Shown: piece by piece, positions 1-9,208 of the stretch
Layout: the number at the start of each line of letters is the position of its first letter
Position numbering within the stretch: position 1 is the first letter of the stretch
From: Verrucomicrobiales bacterium
Lineage (GTDB): Bacteria > Verrucomicrobiota > Verrucomicrobiia > Verrucomicrobiales > Akkermansiaceae
Length of the DNA stretch: 64,000 bases
Assembly (NCBI GenBank): GCA_038237425.1
Contig: JBBRYQ010000024.1
Span: 1,005 to 65,004 of the forward strand
Direction of reading: 5' to 3'
Position numbers and translations under genes: made by a program
Notes under the pieces: generated by a model
What the model saw: only the letters and a program-made list of their open reading frames with translations
Told to the model about the DNA's origin: nothing
Database searches by the model: none

Positions 1-1
1 C

Positions 2-1330
2 GTTCACACGCTCACGGATTGTGTGAGCAAAAACGGTAACCTTCTACTCAATGTTGCGCTCAGAGCCGACGGCACCATTGATCCAGAAGAGCGTCTTCGG
101 CTTCTCGAAGTCGGTTCATGGCTTACCACCAACGGCGAGGCAATCTACGGCACTCGACCCACCCATCTCTGGGGCGAAGGACCGACATCGATCAAGAACT
201 GGCTTGCAGTGGACAAGAGCCTTCCGGCATTTACTTCCGATGATGTCCGGTTTACGGCAAAGGGAGACACCTTGTATGCCATCGTGATGCGCCGGCCCGT
301 TGGCAGTGCTCATTTCCAAGCGCTGCGCAATGGGGCGGCAATCTTTTCCGGTAAAATCAAAAAAGTGGAAATTCTCGGTTGCTCCGAACTCCCCGCGTGG
401 AAGCAGGACGATGATGGACTGCACGTCGAAATTCCTGCCAGTGTGGCCGCCAAAACCACCAGCGACATGGGTGTTGCGTTTAAAATAACTGGCTTGACCG
501 ACTTGGCCCGCGATGGAGTGGTGCGTCCCTTGGCGAATGGTAATATCCAGATGACTTGCTGGGATGCCCATATCACCGGAGAGGGCCTCGGACCGCAGGA
601 CTTTGAGCCGGCACTCCGTGATTGGAATCAAGCGGATTCTTTCCCTGAGTGGAATTTCTACTGCCCCTCTCCCGGCACCTACCTGGTGCAGGCATACTAT
701 AGTGCCGCTAAAGGGGAATGCGAAGCCGTCGTGGCCACACCCGGTGGCAGCATTTCATGGAAAATCGCGCCGACCAAAAGTGATAAGGATTTTCGTCTGG
801 TGACCTTGGGCGAGATCAAGATCGAAAAAGCCGGACGTTACTCGCTATCGGTGAATCCAACTAAAGAAAATTGGAAACCCATTGAAATATCATACATGCA
901 GCTGAAAAATCCGGTTTTCTGCGCTTCTGCTAGACATCAAATCGAATTGAAGGTAGAAGATGCTTCATTGTTGGGTGAAAAGTTTTTCATGGAAAGTCAC
1001 GACGGTCAGCCAAATGTAGGCGGATGGAATTCCACCGAGGATCATTTGTCGTGGGCAAACGTGCAATTTGAAAAAGCCGGGGTGTATCAAATCCACATGA
1101 AAGCAGCAGCAGCGGACGGAGATACGGCGTTCGACCTAACTGCCGGAGCCGAAAAGTCTTCATGTAGCATGAAAAAAACAGAGAACTGGAACTTGTTGGA
1201 TGATATCGTGGTAGGCGAAATTAAAATCGACAAGCCAGGCATTCATCAGGTCGAAATGTATCCCGCCAAGTCGCGCTGGAAACCGGTCAATCTCTCGCGC
1301 GTGACCTTCCAACTTCGCGAGGGCGGCTGA
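2..1330 (+). CDS. Alpha-L-fucosidase (GH29), 5'-truncated by the window edge, with C-terminal CBM6/CBM35-like beta-sandwich modules
   Basis: The frame is open from base 2 (VHTLTDCVSKNGNLLLNVALRADGTI...GSWLTTNGEAIYGTRP), the typical end of the GH29 barrel. Two sugar-binding-like modules follow (e.g. NVGGWNSTEDHLSWANVQFEKAGVY). Confidence 0.8.
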   Translation, partial: VHTLTDCVSKNGNLLLNVALRADGTIDPEERLRLLEVGSWLTTNGEAIYGTRPTHLWGEGPTSIKNWLAVDKSLPAFTSDDVRFTAKGDTLYAIVMRRPVGSAHFQALRNGAAIFSGKIKKVEILGCSELPAWKQDDDGLHVEIPASVAAKTTSDMGVAFKITGLTDLARDGVVRPLANGNIQMTCWDAHITGEGLGPQDFEPALRDWNQADSFPEWNFYCPSPGTYLVQAYYSAAKGECEAVVATPGGSISWKIAPTKSDKDFRLVTLGEIKIEKAGRYSLSVNPTKENWKPIEISYMQLKNPVFCASARHQIELKVEDASLLGEKFFMESHDGQPNVGGWNSTEDHLSWANVQFEKAGVYQIHMKAAAADGDTAFDLTAGAEKSSCSMKKTENWNLLDDIVVGEIKIDKPGIHQVEMYPAKSRWKPVNLSRVTFQLREGG

Positions 1331-1394
1331 TCCGGGTCTCTTTAATAATCGAGCTAGCAATCCAGATAGTGATAAATAGATCGATCAAACCATT

Positions 1395-1457
1395 CTGCCT
1401 CTGGAGGGAGGCAGTCACGGGGCGGAGTTCGGATTTTGGGTTTTCCGGGCTCCGCCC
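1395..1457 (+). other. Conserved two-hairpin intergenic element, copy 1 (copy 2 at 40695-40757)
   Basis: Stem 1 is CTGCCTC-TGGAGG-GAGGCAG (1395-1414). Stem 2 is GGGCGGAGTTCGGA-TTTTGGGTTT-TCCGGGCTCCGCCC (1420-1457). A near-identical, covarying copy lies upstream of the second kinase. Confidence 0.65.
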
Positions 1458-1605
1458 ATCCGCTCGAACAGAGAGAGAGATCGTCGAGCCGGCAGGCGAA
1501 CAAGTGATGAATTACCCCGAGGTGAATCTGGACACGACCTGTCCGCTTGGTTTTGATACTCCTGTTCACCTACCGATGCCTCGGCCCGTCTCCATTTCGA
1601 TTGCA

Positions 1606-3792
1606 ATGCGTCTCTGCCGCACCGCAGCCATCCTGTTCAGCCTCTGCAGCTCACTGGCAGGGGCGGATGCCATGGCTCCGCTCCCCTCCGCCCGCGATGT
1701 TCTCAACCTTTCCGCGAACGACGCGAAACGTGGACTGCCGGTGCGGGTGCGCGGCGTGGTCACCTATACTGAGAAGGCCTGGGCTGGCCAGTTCTTCGTG
1801 CAGGATGAGACCGGCGGCGTGTTTGTCGGATATTCCGGTAAGCCGGCACCTGAGATCGGACAAGTCGTCGAAGTGAAGGGCGTCAGCCATCCGGGGGCAT
1901 TCGCTCCGTTCATTGAGAAGCCGGACTGGACAGCGATCGACCGGGCCCCCTTGCCTGCCGCCCGCGAGATCTCGATGGAGCGCTTCGCCAGCGGCATTGA
2001 CGACGGACTTCGCGTGGAGGTCCGAGCTCGCGTGAAACGAGTTTTTCAAAAGGGCGGAAATCAATGGGGCCTCATTGTTTCTTCGGGCGGTCATCGTTTT
2101 GAAGTAACGATCTGTCCGCCGCAGCCGGACGCGCCACTTCCGCATGAGTGGATCGGTTCCCTTGTCCGGATGCGCGGGGTGTTGGCCGCGGACTATCAAC
2201 TCCATCGCCGGGGGCTGGCCATGGTCCGCTTGTTTGTGGCTTCCACCGACGATGTTCTCATCGAGCAATCTGAGGAGTTTGATCCATTCAAAGGCGCGCT
2301 GCTGCCACTCTCTGGCGTGGGGCAGTATCGGCGGGATCTCGCACCCGGTCAGCGTAGCCGTGTGCGAGGTGTGGTCGTCGCACGGTTAGGCGCTGAGAGT
2401 CTTGCAATCGAAGACGACAGTGGTGGACTGATCATCAAAGGCGGCGAGCTATCCCCATTTGCGCCGGGTGATCCGATCGAAGCCGTCGGATTCGAGGAAC
2501 TGGAAAATTTCCTACCCTTCTTGCAAGATTCGGTCGTTACCAGGACGGGCGAAAGCCAAGGCCTGCCCGCGATCGTGCGGCCGTCGATCGATGAATTGCT
2601 ACTCGGCAAGTTTCATGCATGTCTGATAGGCTTGGAGGCTGACCTCATCGAAATCAGCGACCGTCCGGCTGCCGATGGCAGTGGCAAGGGCCGGGAAATC
2701 GTGATGACGCTTCAGAGCGGCGGGCATGCGTTTAAAGCCGACTTTGCTGATAGTGCGGTGGAGAATGCCGGCCTCCCGTTCGAGCCTGGCAGCAAGGTGA
2801 GCCTGACGGGCCTTTGCCTCGCTGAGGCGAACCGGATCGGCCGGGTTGACTCATTCCGAATGCGGCTTGCCGGCCCGGCGGCAGTCCGAGTAATGCAACC
2901 GCCGCCATGGTTGAACCGCCAACGTCTGGGGCTGGCACTCGCTTTTGCGATGGGCGGTATGATCCTTTCCGGATTGTGGGTATATTTCGCTTCCATGAAA
3001 AATCGCCGACTGCGTGCTGAAATTAAAGAGAGGAAAAAACTAACGGTGGAACTCCAGCAGGCCAAACAACAACTCTCGATGCGCGTCGATGAGCGAACGG
3101 AAGAACTCAAGCTTCAGATCAGCGAGCGCAGGGAATCCGAGGTCCGGTTCAAGGCCGTCATCGGCGAGCGTACCCGCCTCGCTCAGGAACTGCACGATGG
3201 CTTACAACAAGGGCTTACCGGACTAGCACTCCAGCTCGACACCTCATCCCGCCTGCGTGAGCGCTTGCCGGAACAATCGAACCATCACCTGGAACTCGCC
3301 CGCATCCTCGTGCGCCAGACTCATGTGGATCTCCGTAACTCGGTGTGGAATCTCCGTTCCCGCAGTCAGGAAGATTTCAGCTTGTTAGAAGCGCTCCGTC
3401 AATCGAGCCACCGCGCTACCGAAGGCACCGACGTGCAGGTCGAAGTTAGTCAATCCGGCGAGCTGCACAATCTGTCGGAACTGCAGGAGGAAAATCTCCT
3501 CCGCATCGGTCAGGAAGCACTTCACAACGCGCTCAAACACTCCCAGTCCGACCGCATGGAAATCCACCTCGATTTTTCCCCAAACCTGCTGGTTTTGCGG
3601 ATTCGGGATTTTGGCAAAGGTTTCTCGCCGCTTACCGTGGACGGCCCTTCGCAGGGTCACTTCGGATTATCTGGAATGGCAGAGCGCGCGCAACGGATCG
3701 GCGGCTCGCTTGAAATTCACAGTGAGCCGGGAGCCGGCACCTTGATCGAAGCGCAGTTACCGCTCGCCCCACCTCCATCTGTTAATCCATGA
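1606..3792 (+). CDS. Membrane sensor histidine kinase (HisKA_3/HATPase_c) with a large extracytoplasmic region of OB-fold-like repeats
   Basis: Signal peptide MRLCRTAAILFSLCSSLAGA (ATG 1606 preferred over 1369 and 1576), TM helix RLGLALAFAMGGMILSGLWVYF, H-box RLAQELHDGLQQ, ATPase motifs EALHNALKHS, DFGKGF and GHFGLSGMAER. Confidence 0.9.
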   Translation: MRLCRTAAILFSLCSSLAGADAMAPLPSARDVLNLSANDAKRGLPVRVRGVVTYTEKAWAGQFFVQDETGGVFVGYSGKPAPEIGQVVEVKGVSHPGAFAPFIEKPDWTAIDRAPLPAAREISMERFASGIDDGLRVEVRARVKRVFQKGGNQWGLIVSSGGHRFEVTICPPQPDAPLPHEWIGSLVRMRGVLAADYQLHRRGLAMVRLFVASTDDVLIEQSEEFDPFKGALLPLSGVGQYRRDLAPGQRSRVRGVVVARLGAESLAIEDDSGGLIIKGGELSPFAPGDPIEAVGFEELENFLPFLQDSVVTRTGESQGLPAIVRPSIDELLLGKFHACLIGLEADLIEISDRPAADGSGKGREIVMTLQSGGHAFKADFADSAVENAGLPFEPGSKVSLTGLCLAEANRIGRVDSFRMRLAGPAAVRVMQPPPWLNRQRLGLALAFAMGGMILSGLWVYFASMKNRRLRAEIKERKKLTVELQQAKQQLSMRVDERTEELKLQISERRESEVRFKAVIGERTRLAQELHDGLQQGLTGLALQLDTSSRLRERLPEQSNHHLELARILVRQTHVDLRNSVWNLRSRSQEDFSLLEALRQSSHRATEGTDVQVEVSQSGELHNLSELQEENLLRIGQEALHNALKHSQSDRMEIHLDFSPNLLVLRIRDFGKGFSPLTVDGPSQGHFGLSGMAERAQRIGGSLEIHSEPGAGTLIEAQLPLAPPPSVNP

Positions 3793-4418
3793 ACGAACAA
3801 CCACCCATCCGCATTCTCCTGGCCGACGATCATTCTGTCGTGCGCATGGGGCTTGAAGCACTGATCTCGAGCGAGCCTGGATTCACCGTCGTCGGCCACG
3901 CGGCTGACGGCCATGAAGCGGTCCTCCAGTATCGAAAGCTCAAGCCTGACGTGGTTCTGATGGATTTGCTCATGCCCAAGATGACAGGCACGCAAGCGCT
4001 TGCACAAATCCGCACCGAGTTTCCCTCGGCTAGAGTTTTAATACTCAGCACGAGTGACGGCGATGACGACGTTTACCGGGCATTGCAAGCGGGGGCATTC
4101 GGCTACATTTTGAAAAGCTCGCCTGGTGAAGATCTCATCCCGGCCATCCGGACGGTCATGGGCGGCGGAAAGTGGATCCCGCCGGAAATCGCCCGCAGTC
4201 TGGCGAACCGCTCGCTGCGCGAGGAACTCAGCCAGCGCGAGATTCAGGTGCTCCACGAGCTCGTCAGCGGCGGCTCTAACAAGGAAATCGCGTCCATCCT
4301 CAACATCACGGAGCACACCGTGAAGGCGCATGTCAAAAACATCCTAGCCAAGCTCCCCGCCCGCGACCGCACCGAGGCGGTCACCGTGGGCCTCCAGCGC
4401 GGCATCATCCATCTCTGA
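3789..4418 (+). CDS. NarL/LuxR-family response regulator
   Basis: Receiver motifs ILLADDH and VVLMDLLMP; LuxR HTH LSQREIQVL...SNKEIA..L.ITEHTVKAHV. ATGA overlap with the kinase stop. Confidence 0.93.
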   Translation: MNEQPPIRILLADDHSVVRMGLEALISSEPGFTVVGHAADGHEAVLQYRKLKPDVVLMDLLMPKMTGTQALAQIRTEFPSARVLILSTSDGDDDVYRALQAGAFGYILKSSPGEDLIPAIRTVMGGGKWIPPEIARSLANRSLREELSQREIQVLHELVSGGSNKEIASILNITEHTVKAHVKNILAKLPARDRTEAVTVGLQRGIIHL

Positions 4419-4433
4419 ACTCACTACCTCACC

Positions 4434-7400
4434 ATGATCCTTTCACGAATCCCTTCCGCCATCCTCGCGCTGGCCTTCACTTATTCTGCTGCATTTCTAA
4501 CGGCCGCCCCTGTCACGGAAAAACTTTCGCTCGACCGCGGGTGGAAATTTCACGAGGGCGACATCCCGTTCCCCGAGATCAAGGGCCACGGAAATTCCTA
4601 TAACAACGCCAAGGCCGGCAAGGCCTGGGGCGCGGCGGCTCCGGAGTTCGATGATAGCCAGTGGCGCGTGCTCGATCTGCCGCACGATTGGGCAGTCGAG
4701 CAGCCGTTCGACCAAAACGCGAACCTCTCCCAAGGCTACCGCCCGCGTGGCTTCGGCTGGTATCGCCGCAGTTTCAAACTTGATCCCGCCGACCGTGGCA
4801 AGGCACTGGAACTCCAGTTCGACGGCATCGCCACCCATTGCACCGTCTGGCTCAACGGCACCATCGTCCACCGCAACTGGTGCGGCTACACCAGTTTCCA
4901 AATCGACCTCACGCCGTTCGCGAATTTCGGCGATCATCCTAACAATCTGGCCATCCGCGTGGATGCCCAGGCCATGGAAGGCTGGTGGTATGAAGGGGCT
5001 GGCATCTATCGCCACACTTGGCTGGTGAAACGGAACCCGCTGAATATTCCCACCGACGGTGTCTTCGCCCACCCGGTGAAAAAGCCCGATGGAAACTGGG
5101 AAATCCCCGCCGAAGTCACGCTGTCTAACATCGGCGACCAGGCGGTGACCGGCGAAGTCCATTGCGTTCTGCTAGATCCCGCTGGCAAGCAAGTCGCCGA
5201 GACTAGAACGACCCTCCAAGTTCCCTATCTCGATACCGCCGTGGCGAAACTCAGCATCCCTGTGAGCCAGCCGAAACTCTGGTCCGTGGACACGCCCACG
5301 CTCTACACCGTGCGCACCACCGTGCTGCGGGAGGGTGCCGTGAGCGACACCGTGGAAACGCGCTGCGGATTCCGCACGCTCCGCTTCGATGCCAAGCTGG
5401 GATTTTTTCTCAACGACCAACCGCTCAAGTTGAAGGGCACCTGCAATCACCAGGACCACGCCGGAGTCGGCGTGGCGGTGCCGGATTCGTTATGGGAGTT
5501 CCGCGTCCGCCGCCTCAAGGAGCTGGGATCTAACGCTTACCGCTGCGCCCACAACCCGCCCGCCAAGGAGTTTCTCGAAGCCTGCGACCGCATGGGAATG
5601 TTAGTGATGGATGAAAATCGCAATTTCAACGTCTCCCCGGAATACGTCCGCCAGCTGGAATGGCTGGTCCGCCGCGACCGCAACCACCCGAGTGTGATCC
5701 TGTGGTCGGTCTTCAACGAGGAAACCACCCAGGGCACTGAGATGGGCTATCAGATGGTGCGCCGCATGGCCGCCGTGGTGAAGCGGCTCGACAAAACACG
5801 GCCCGTGACCGCGGCGATGAGCGGTGGCCACAAGACGCCGATCAATGTCTCCCAAGCCGTGGACGTGGTAGGCTTCAACTACAACCAGAACGTGTATGAC
5901 GAGTTCCACAAGGCTCATCCCGATCTGCCGATCACCAGCTCTGAAGACACCTCTTCATTCATGACCCGTGGCATCTATGAAACGGACAAGTCGAAGAACC
6001 TCATCGGCTCCTACGACGACCAGCGCGCCCCTTGGGGACTCACCCACCGCTACGCTTGGCGCTGCATTTCCGAGCGACCATTCGTGGCAGGCGGCTTCGT
6101 CTGGACCGGCTTCGACTACCGTGGCGAACCGACACCGCTGGAATGGCCGTCCGCCGGATCGTTCTTCGGCATCATGGACCAGTGCGGATTTCCCAAAGCC
6201 GCCTACTACCTCCACCAAGCGCATTGGATCGAGGACAAGCCCGTCCTCCACTTGATCCCGCATTGGAACTGGCCCGGCAAGGAAGGAAAGAACATCCGTG
6301 TGATGGTTCTAACCAATGCCGACACCGTAGCCCTCACCCTCAACGGCAAGCCACTTGAGGAGAAGAAAGTGGATCCCATTGACATGGTGGAATTCCAAGT
6401 TCCCTACACGCCTGGTAAACTTGAAGCGATCGGCAAAAAGCAGGGCAGGGAAGTCTCCCGCTTCGTCGTGGAAACCACTGGCAAGCCCGCCGCTCTCGAA
6501 ATCATCCCCGATCGCAAGTCTCTAGCAGGCGACGGTGCGGATGCCATGCCCGCCACCCTCCGCGCGGTGGATGAGCAGGGTCGCGAGGTGCCCGATGCCA
6601 ATCTAATGGTCGATTTCGAAACCCACGGCACGGGTGACATCATCGGCGTCGGCAATGGAGATCCAAACTGCCATGAGGCGGAGAAACTCATCCCCACCCG
6701 CACCTCGCGCAGTGCGGCTCTGAACGACGCGTGGAAATGGACCCCCGTGAAAGACTACGCCGCCAAGGACATGCCCGAGGTGAAATCCGACTTTGACGAT
6801 TCCTCATGGAAGGTCGCAGACATCACGCCCGAAAAGGGGCCTGTGCCGGAAGGGCAACACGCGGTTTTCCGCAGGAAGATCACGCTCACGGCGGAGGATC
6901 TAACAGCCTCTCGCATCGTGCTCAATCTCGGCACTATCGATGACGTCGGGCTGGTGTTCGTGAATGGCAGCCGGATTGGCGAGTCGAAGAGCTGGTCCGA
7001 GCCCTTCGTCCGCGACATCAAGTCCGAGCTGCACGAGGGCGGCAACATCATTGCAGTCAGCCTGCACAACCAGGACCACGACGGCGGACTCGGCAAGGGC
7101 GCGTCGCTCCAGTTTTCCGGGCAGAATGAAGTCACCGGCTGGAAGCGCAGTTTGTTCAATGGCCTCGCCCAAGTCATCGTGCAATCACGGCGCGACGGTT
7201 CCGGTGCGTTGGTTCTCCAAGCCCGGGCGGCAGGCCTCAAGCCGGCCGAAGCACGAATTCAGATCACTGCGGCGAGTGCTCCACCGTCGGTCGAGAATCC
7301 CTCTTCAGACATGACTCTATCAAGCTGGCTGCAATCGCCAGTTTCCGCCCAAGCTCCCGATCCGAACGCAAAATTTGCCGACAACGACATGAACAGCTGG

Positions 7401-7706
7401 ACCAGCGTGCAGGCCGGGACCGCGCAGAATTTCACCAGCGGGTCATGGGCGCTTCTACGCTGCCAATTCACCCCAGTGTCCACCCTTGCCAAGGCGGGAG
7501 GTAAGATCGTCTTCAAGGAAATTTCCGGCAGCGCTGAGGTCTTCATCGATGGCGCAAGTGTCGGTCGCAAAACGGCCACCGCGCCCGGCCCACTGACCGT
7601 GCCGCTCAATGCCAAGGACGGCCCTCGCACCATTTCGCTCATCGTCAATGCCGCCGGCCAGCCGAAAGCCGGGCTAACAGCCGGGGTGTCCGTCGTGGGT
7701 CGTTAA
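4434..7706 (+). CDS. Secreted GH2 beta-galactosidase-like glycoside hydrolase with extra jelly-roll and C-terminal domains
   Basis: Signal peptide; GH2 motifs GWWYEGAGIYRH, KGTCNHQDHAGVG, RDRNHPSVILWSVFNEE (acid/base), SSEDTS, VAGGFVWTGFDYRGEPTP. Confidence 0.9.
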   Translation: MILSRIPSAILALAFTYSAAFLTAAPVTEKLSLDRGWKFHEGDIPFPEIKGHGNSYNNAKAGKAWGAAAPEFDDSQWRVLDLPHDWAVEQPFDQNANLSQGYRPRGFGWYRRSFKLDPADRGKALELQFDGIATHCTVWLNGTIVHRNWCGYTSFQIDLTPFANFGDHPNNLAIRVDAQAMEGWWYEGAGIYRHTWLVKRNPLNIPTDGVFAHPVKKPDGNWEIPAEVTLSNIGDQAVTGEVHCVLLDPAGKQVAETRTTLQVPYLDTAVAKLSIPVSQPKLWSVDTPTLYTVRTTVLREGAVSDTVETRCGFRTLRFDAKLGFFLNDQPLKLKGTCNHQDHAGVGVAVPDSLWEFRVRRLKELGSNAYRCAHNPPAKEFLEACDRMGMLVMDENRNFNVSPEYVRQLEWLVRRDRNHPSVILWSVFNEETTQGTEMGYQMVRRMAAVVKRLDKTRPVTAAMSGGHKTPINVSQAVDVVGFNYNQNVYDEFHKAHPDLPITSSEDTSSFMTRGIYETDKSKNLIGSYDDQRAPWGLTHRYAWRCISERPFVAGGFVWTGFDYRGEPTPLEWPSAGSFFGIMDQCGFPKAAYYLHQAHWIEDKPVLHLIPHWNWPGKEGKNIRVMVLTNADTVALTLNGKPLEEKKVDPIDMVEFQVPYTPGKLEAIGKKQGREVSRFVVETTGKPAALEIIPDRKSLAGDGADAMPATLRAVDEQGREVPDANLMVDFETHGTGDIIGVGNGDPNCHEAEKLIPTRTSRSAALNDAWKWTPVKDYAAKDMPEVKSDFDDSSWKVADITPEKGPVPEGQHAVFRRKITLTAEDLTASRIVLNLGTIDDVGLVFVNGSRIGESKSWSEPFVRDIKSELHEGGNIIAVSLHNQDHDGGLGKGASLQFSGQNEVTGWKRSLFNGLAQVIVQSRRDGSGALVLQARAAGLKPAEARIQITAASAPPSVENPSSDMTLSSWLQSPVSAQAPDPNAKFADNDMNSWTSVQAGTAQNFTSGSWALLRCQFTPVSTLAKAGGKIVFKEISGSAEVFIDGASVGRKTATAPGPLTVPLNAKDGPRTISLIVNAAGQPKAGLTAGVSVVGR

Positions 7707-7731
7707 AGCCCGTGTCATCAAATCTATCGTT

Positions 7732-9159
7732 ATGAATCAAATTCTCTTCAACGTGATCCTTGGCGGCGCGTGCGTCGTATCGGGAGATATGGCTTCGGCC
7801 GCGATCATTCCCTACGTCACCGCCGCGAACACGGAGTTGCGCATCACACCACAAGCTCCTCTCGTCTTCGTCGAAAAATCTCAGACTCTTGAGAGCGAAC
7901 CCGCAGTGTTTGTCGATGCTGACAAGAAATTTCAAACCCTCGTCGGGATTGGTGGGGCGTTGACTGACTCTGCGGCCGAGGTTTTCGATAAACTGCCTGC
8001 CGCCGCACAGGATGAGTTCATGCAGGCCTATTTTGATAGAGACAAAGGAATCGGCTATTCACTCGCCCGGACCAACATCGCGAGTTGTGATTTTTCGAGT
8101 GAATCCTATGCCTATGTGAAGGAGAATGATGCAGAACTAAAATCGTTTGATGTCTCGCATGACAAGGCGCACCGCATCCCGTTCATCAAGCGTGCCACAT
8201 TGAAAGCCGGAGGGGAGTTGAGTCTTTTCGCGAGCCCTTGGTCACCTCCCGGATGGATGAAGGACAATGGCTCGGTGCTCGAGGGGGGCAGCCTTAAACC
8301 GGAATTCCGGCAGGCGTGGGCGAATCATTTTGTATCATTTGTGAAGGCTTATGAGGCAGAAGGGGTGAAACTATGGGGATTGAGCGTTCAGAATGAACCC
8401 ATGGCCAAACAAAGATGGGAGTCTTGTGTTTTTACCGCCGAGCAGGAGCGGGATTTCATCGGCGACTACCTCGGCCCGACGCTGCATGAAGCAGGGCTTG
8501 GAGGGCTGAAGCTGATCGCATGGGATCACAACCGGGATCTGATCTATCAACGTGCCAGCACGATTCTGAATGATCCTAAGGCAGCAAAATATGTATGGGG
8601 AATCGGGTTTCACTGGTATGAAACGTGGACGGGAGGCGCAATGCAGTTCGATAATGTGCGCCGTGTCCATGAAGCCTATCCGGACACTCACCTTATTTTC
8701 ACCGAGGGCTGTGTGGAAAAGTTTGATGCAACTCGCATCAAGAATTGGAGTCTCGGAGAGAGATATGGGATGTCGATGATCAACGATTTTAATGCCGGCA
8801 CTGTCGGCTGGACTGATTGGAATATCCTTCTTGATGAAACCGGCGGCCCGAACCACGTTGGCAATTTGTGCTTCGCCCCTGTTCATGCCGATCTCACCAA
8901 TGGTCGCCTGATCTATACCAATTCATATTTCTACATCGGGCATTTTTCGAAATTCATCCGTCCTGGCGCGAGGAGAATTATCTGTGTTTCGAACCGCGAG
9001 CCACTGTTGACCACCGGGTTCGTTAATCCGGATGGTACGACTGTGGTGATCGTGATGAACACGGGAAGTAACACACTCGACTATCAGCTTTGCACGAACC
9101 AAAAGGCGGCACCGGTCGCTTGCCTGCCTCACTCGATTACCACCTTTGTTTTTCGCTGA
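7732..9159 (+). CDS. GH30 glycoside hydrolase (glucosylceramidase-like)
   Basis: Motifs FQTLVGIGGALTD, ASPWSPPGWMK, SVQNEP (acid/base), IFTEGC (nucleophile), WTDWNILLD. Confidence 0.88.
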   Translation: MNQILFNVILGGACVVSGDMASAAIIPYVTAANTELRITPQAPLVFVEKSQTLESEPAVFVDADKKFQTLVGIGGALTDSAAEVFDKLPAAAQDEFMQAYFDRDKGIGYSLARTNIASCDFSSESYAYVKENDAELKSFDVSHDKAHRIPFIKRATLKAGGELSLFASPWSPPGWMKDNGSVLEGGSLKPEFRQAWANHFVSFVKAYEAEGVKLWGLSVQNEPMAKQRWESCVFTAEQERDFIGDYLGPTLHEAGLGGLKLIAWDHNRDLIYQRASTILNDPKAAKYVWGIGFHWYETWTGGAMQFDNVRRVHEAYPDTHLIFTEGCVEKFDATRIKNWSLGERYGMSMINDFNAGTVGWTDWNILLDETGGPNHVGNLCFAPVHADLTNGRLIYTNSYFYIGHFSKFIRPGARRIICVSNREPLLTTGFVNPDGTTVVIVMNTGSNTLDYQLCTNQKAAPVACLPHSITTFVFR

Positions 9160-9208
9160 GTTACTTCGAGGCTACCCAAAGCTGCGGCGTGGCCGTGGGA
9201 TCACTTGC

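Noticed and set aside
1369-1605. N-terminal extension of the first kinase given by the ORF track
   Set aside because: It runs through the hairpin element and precedes a clear signal peptide at 1606. Similar over-extensions were trimmed at 17780, 25257, 28463, 29989, 33183, 33038, 42866 and 45923.
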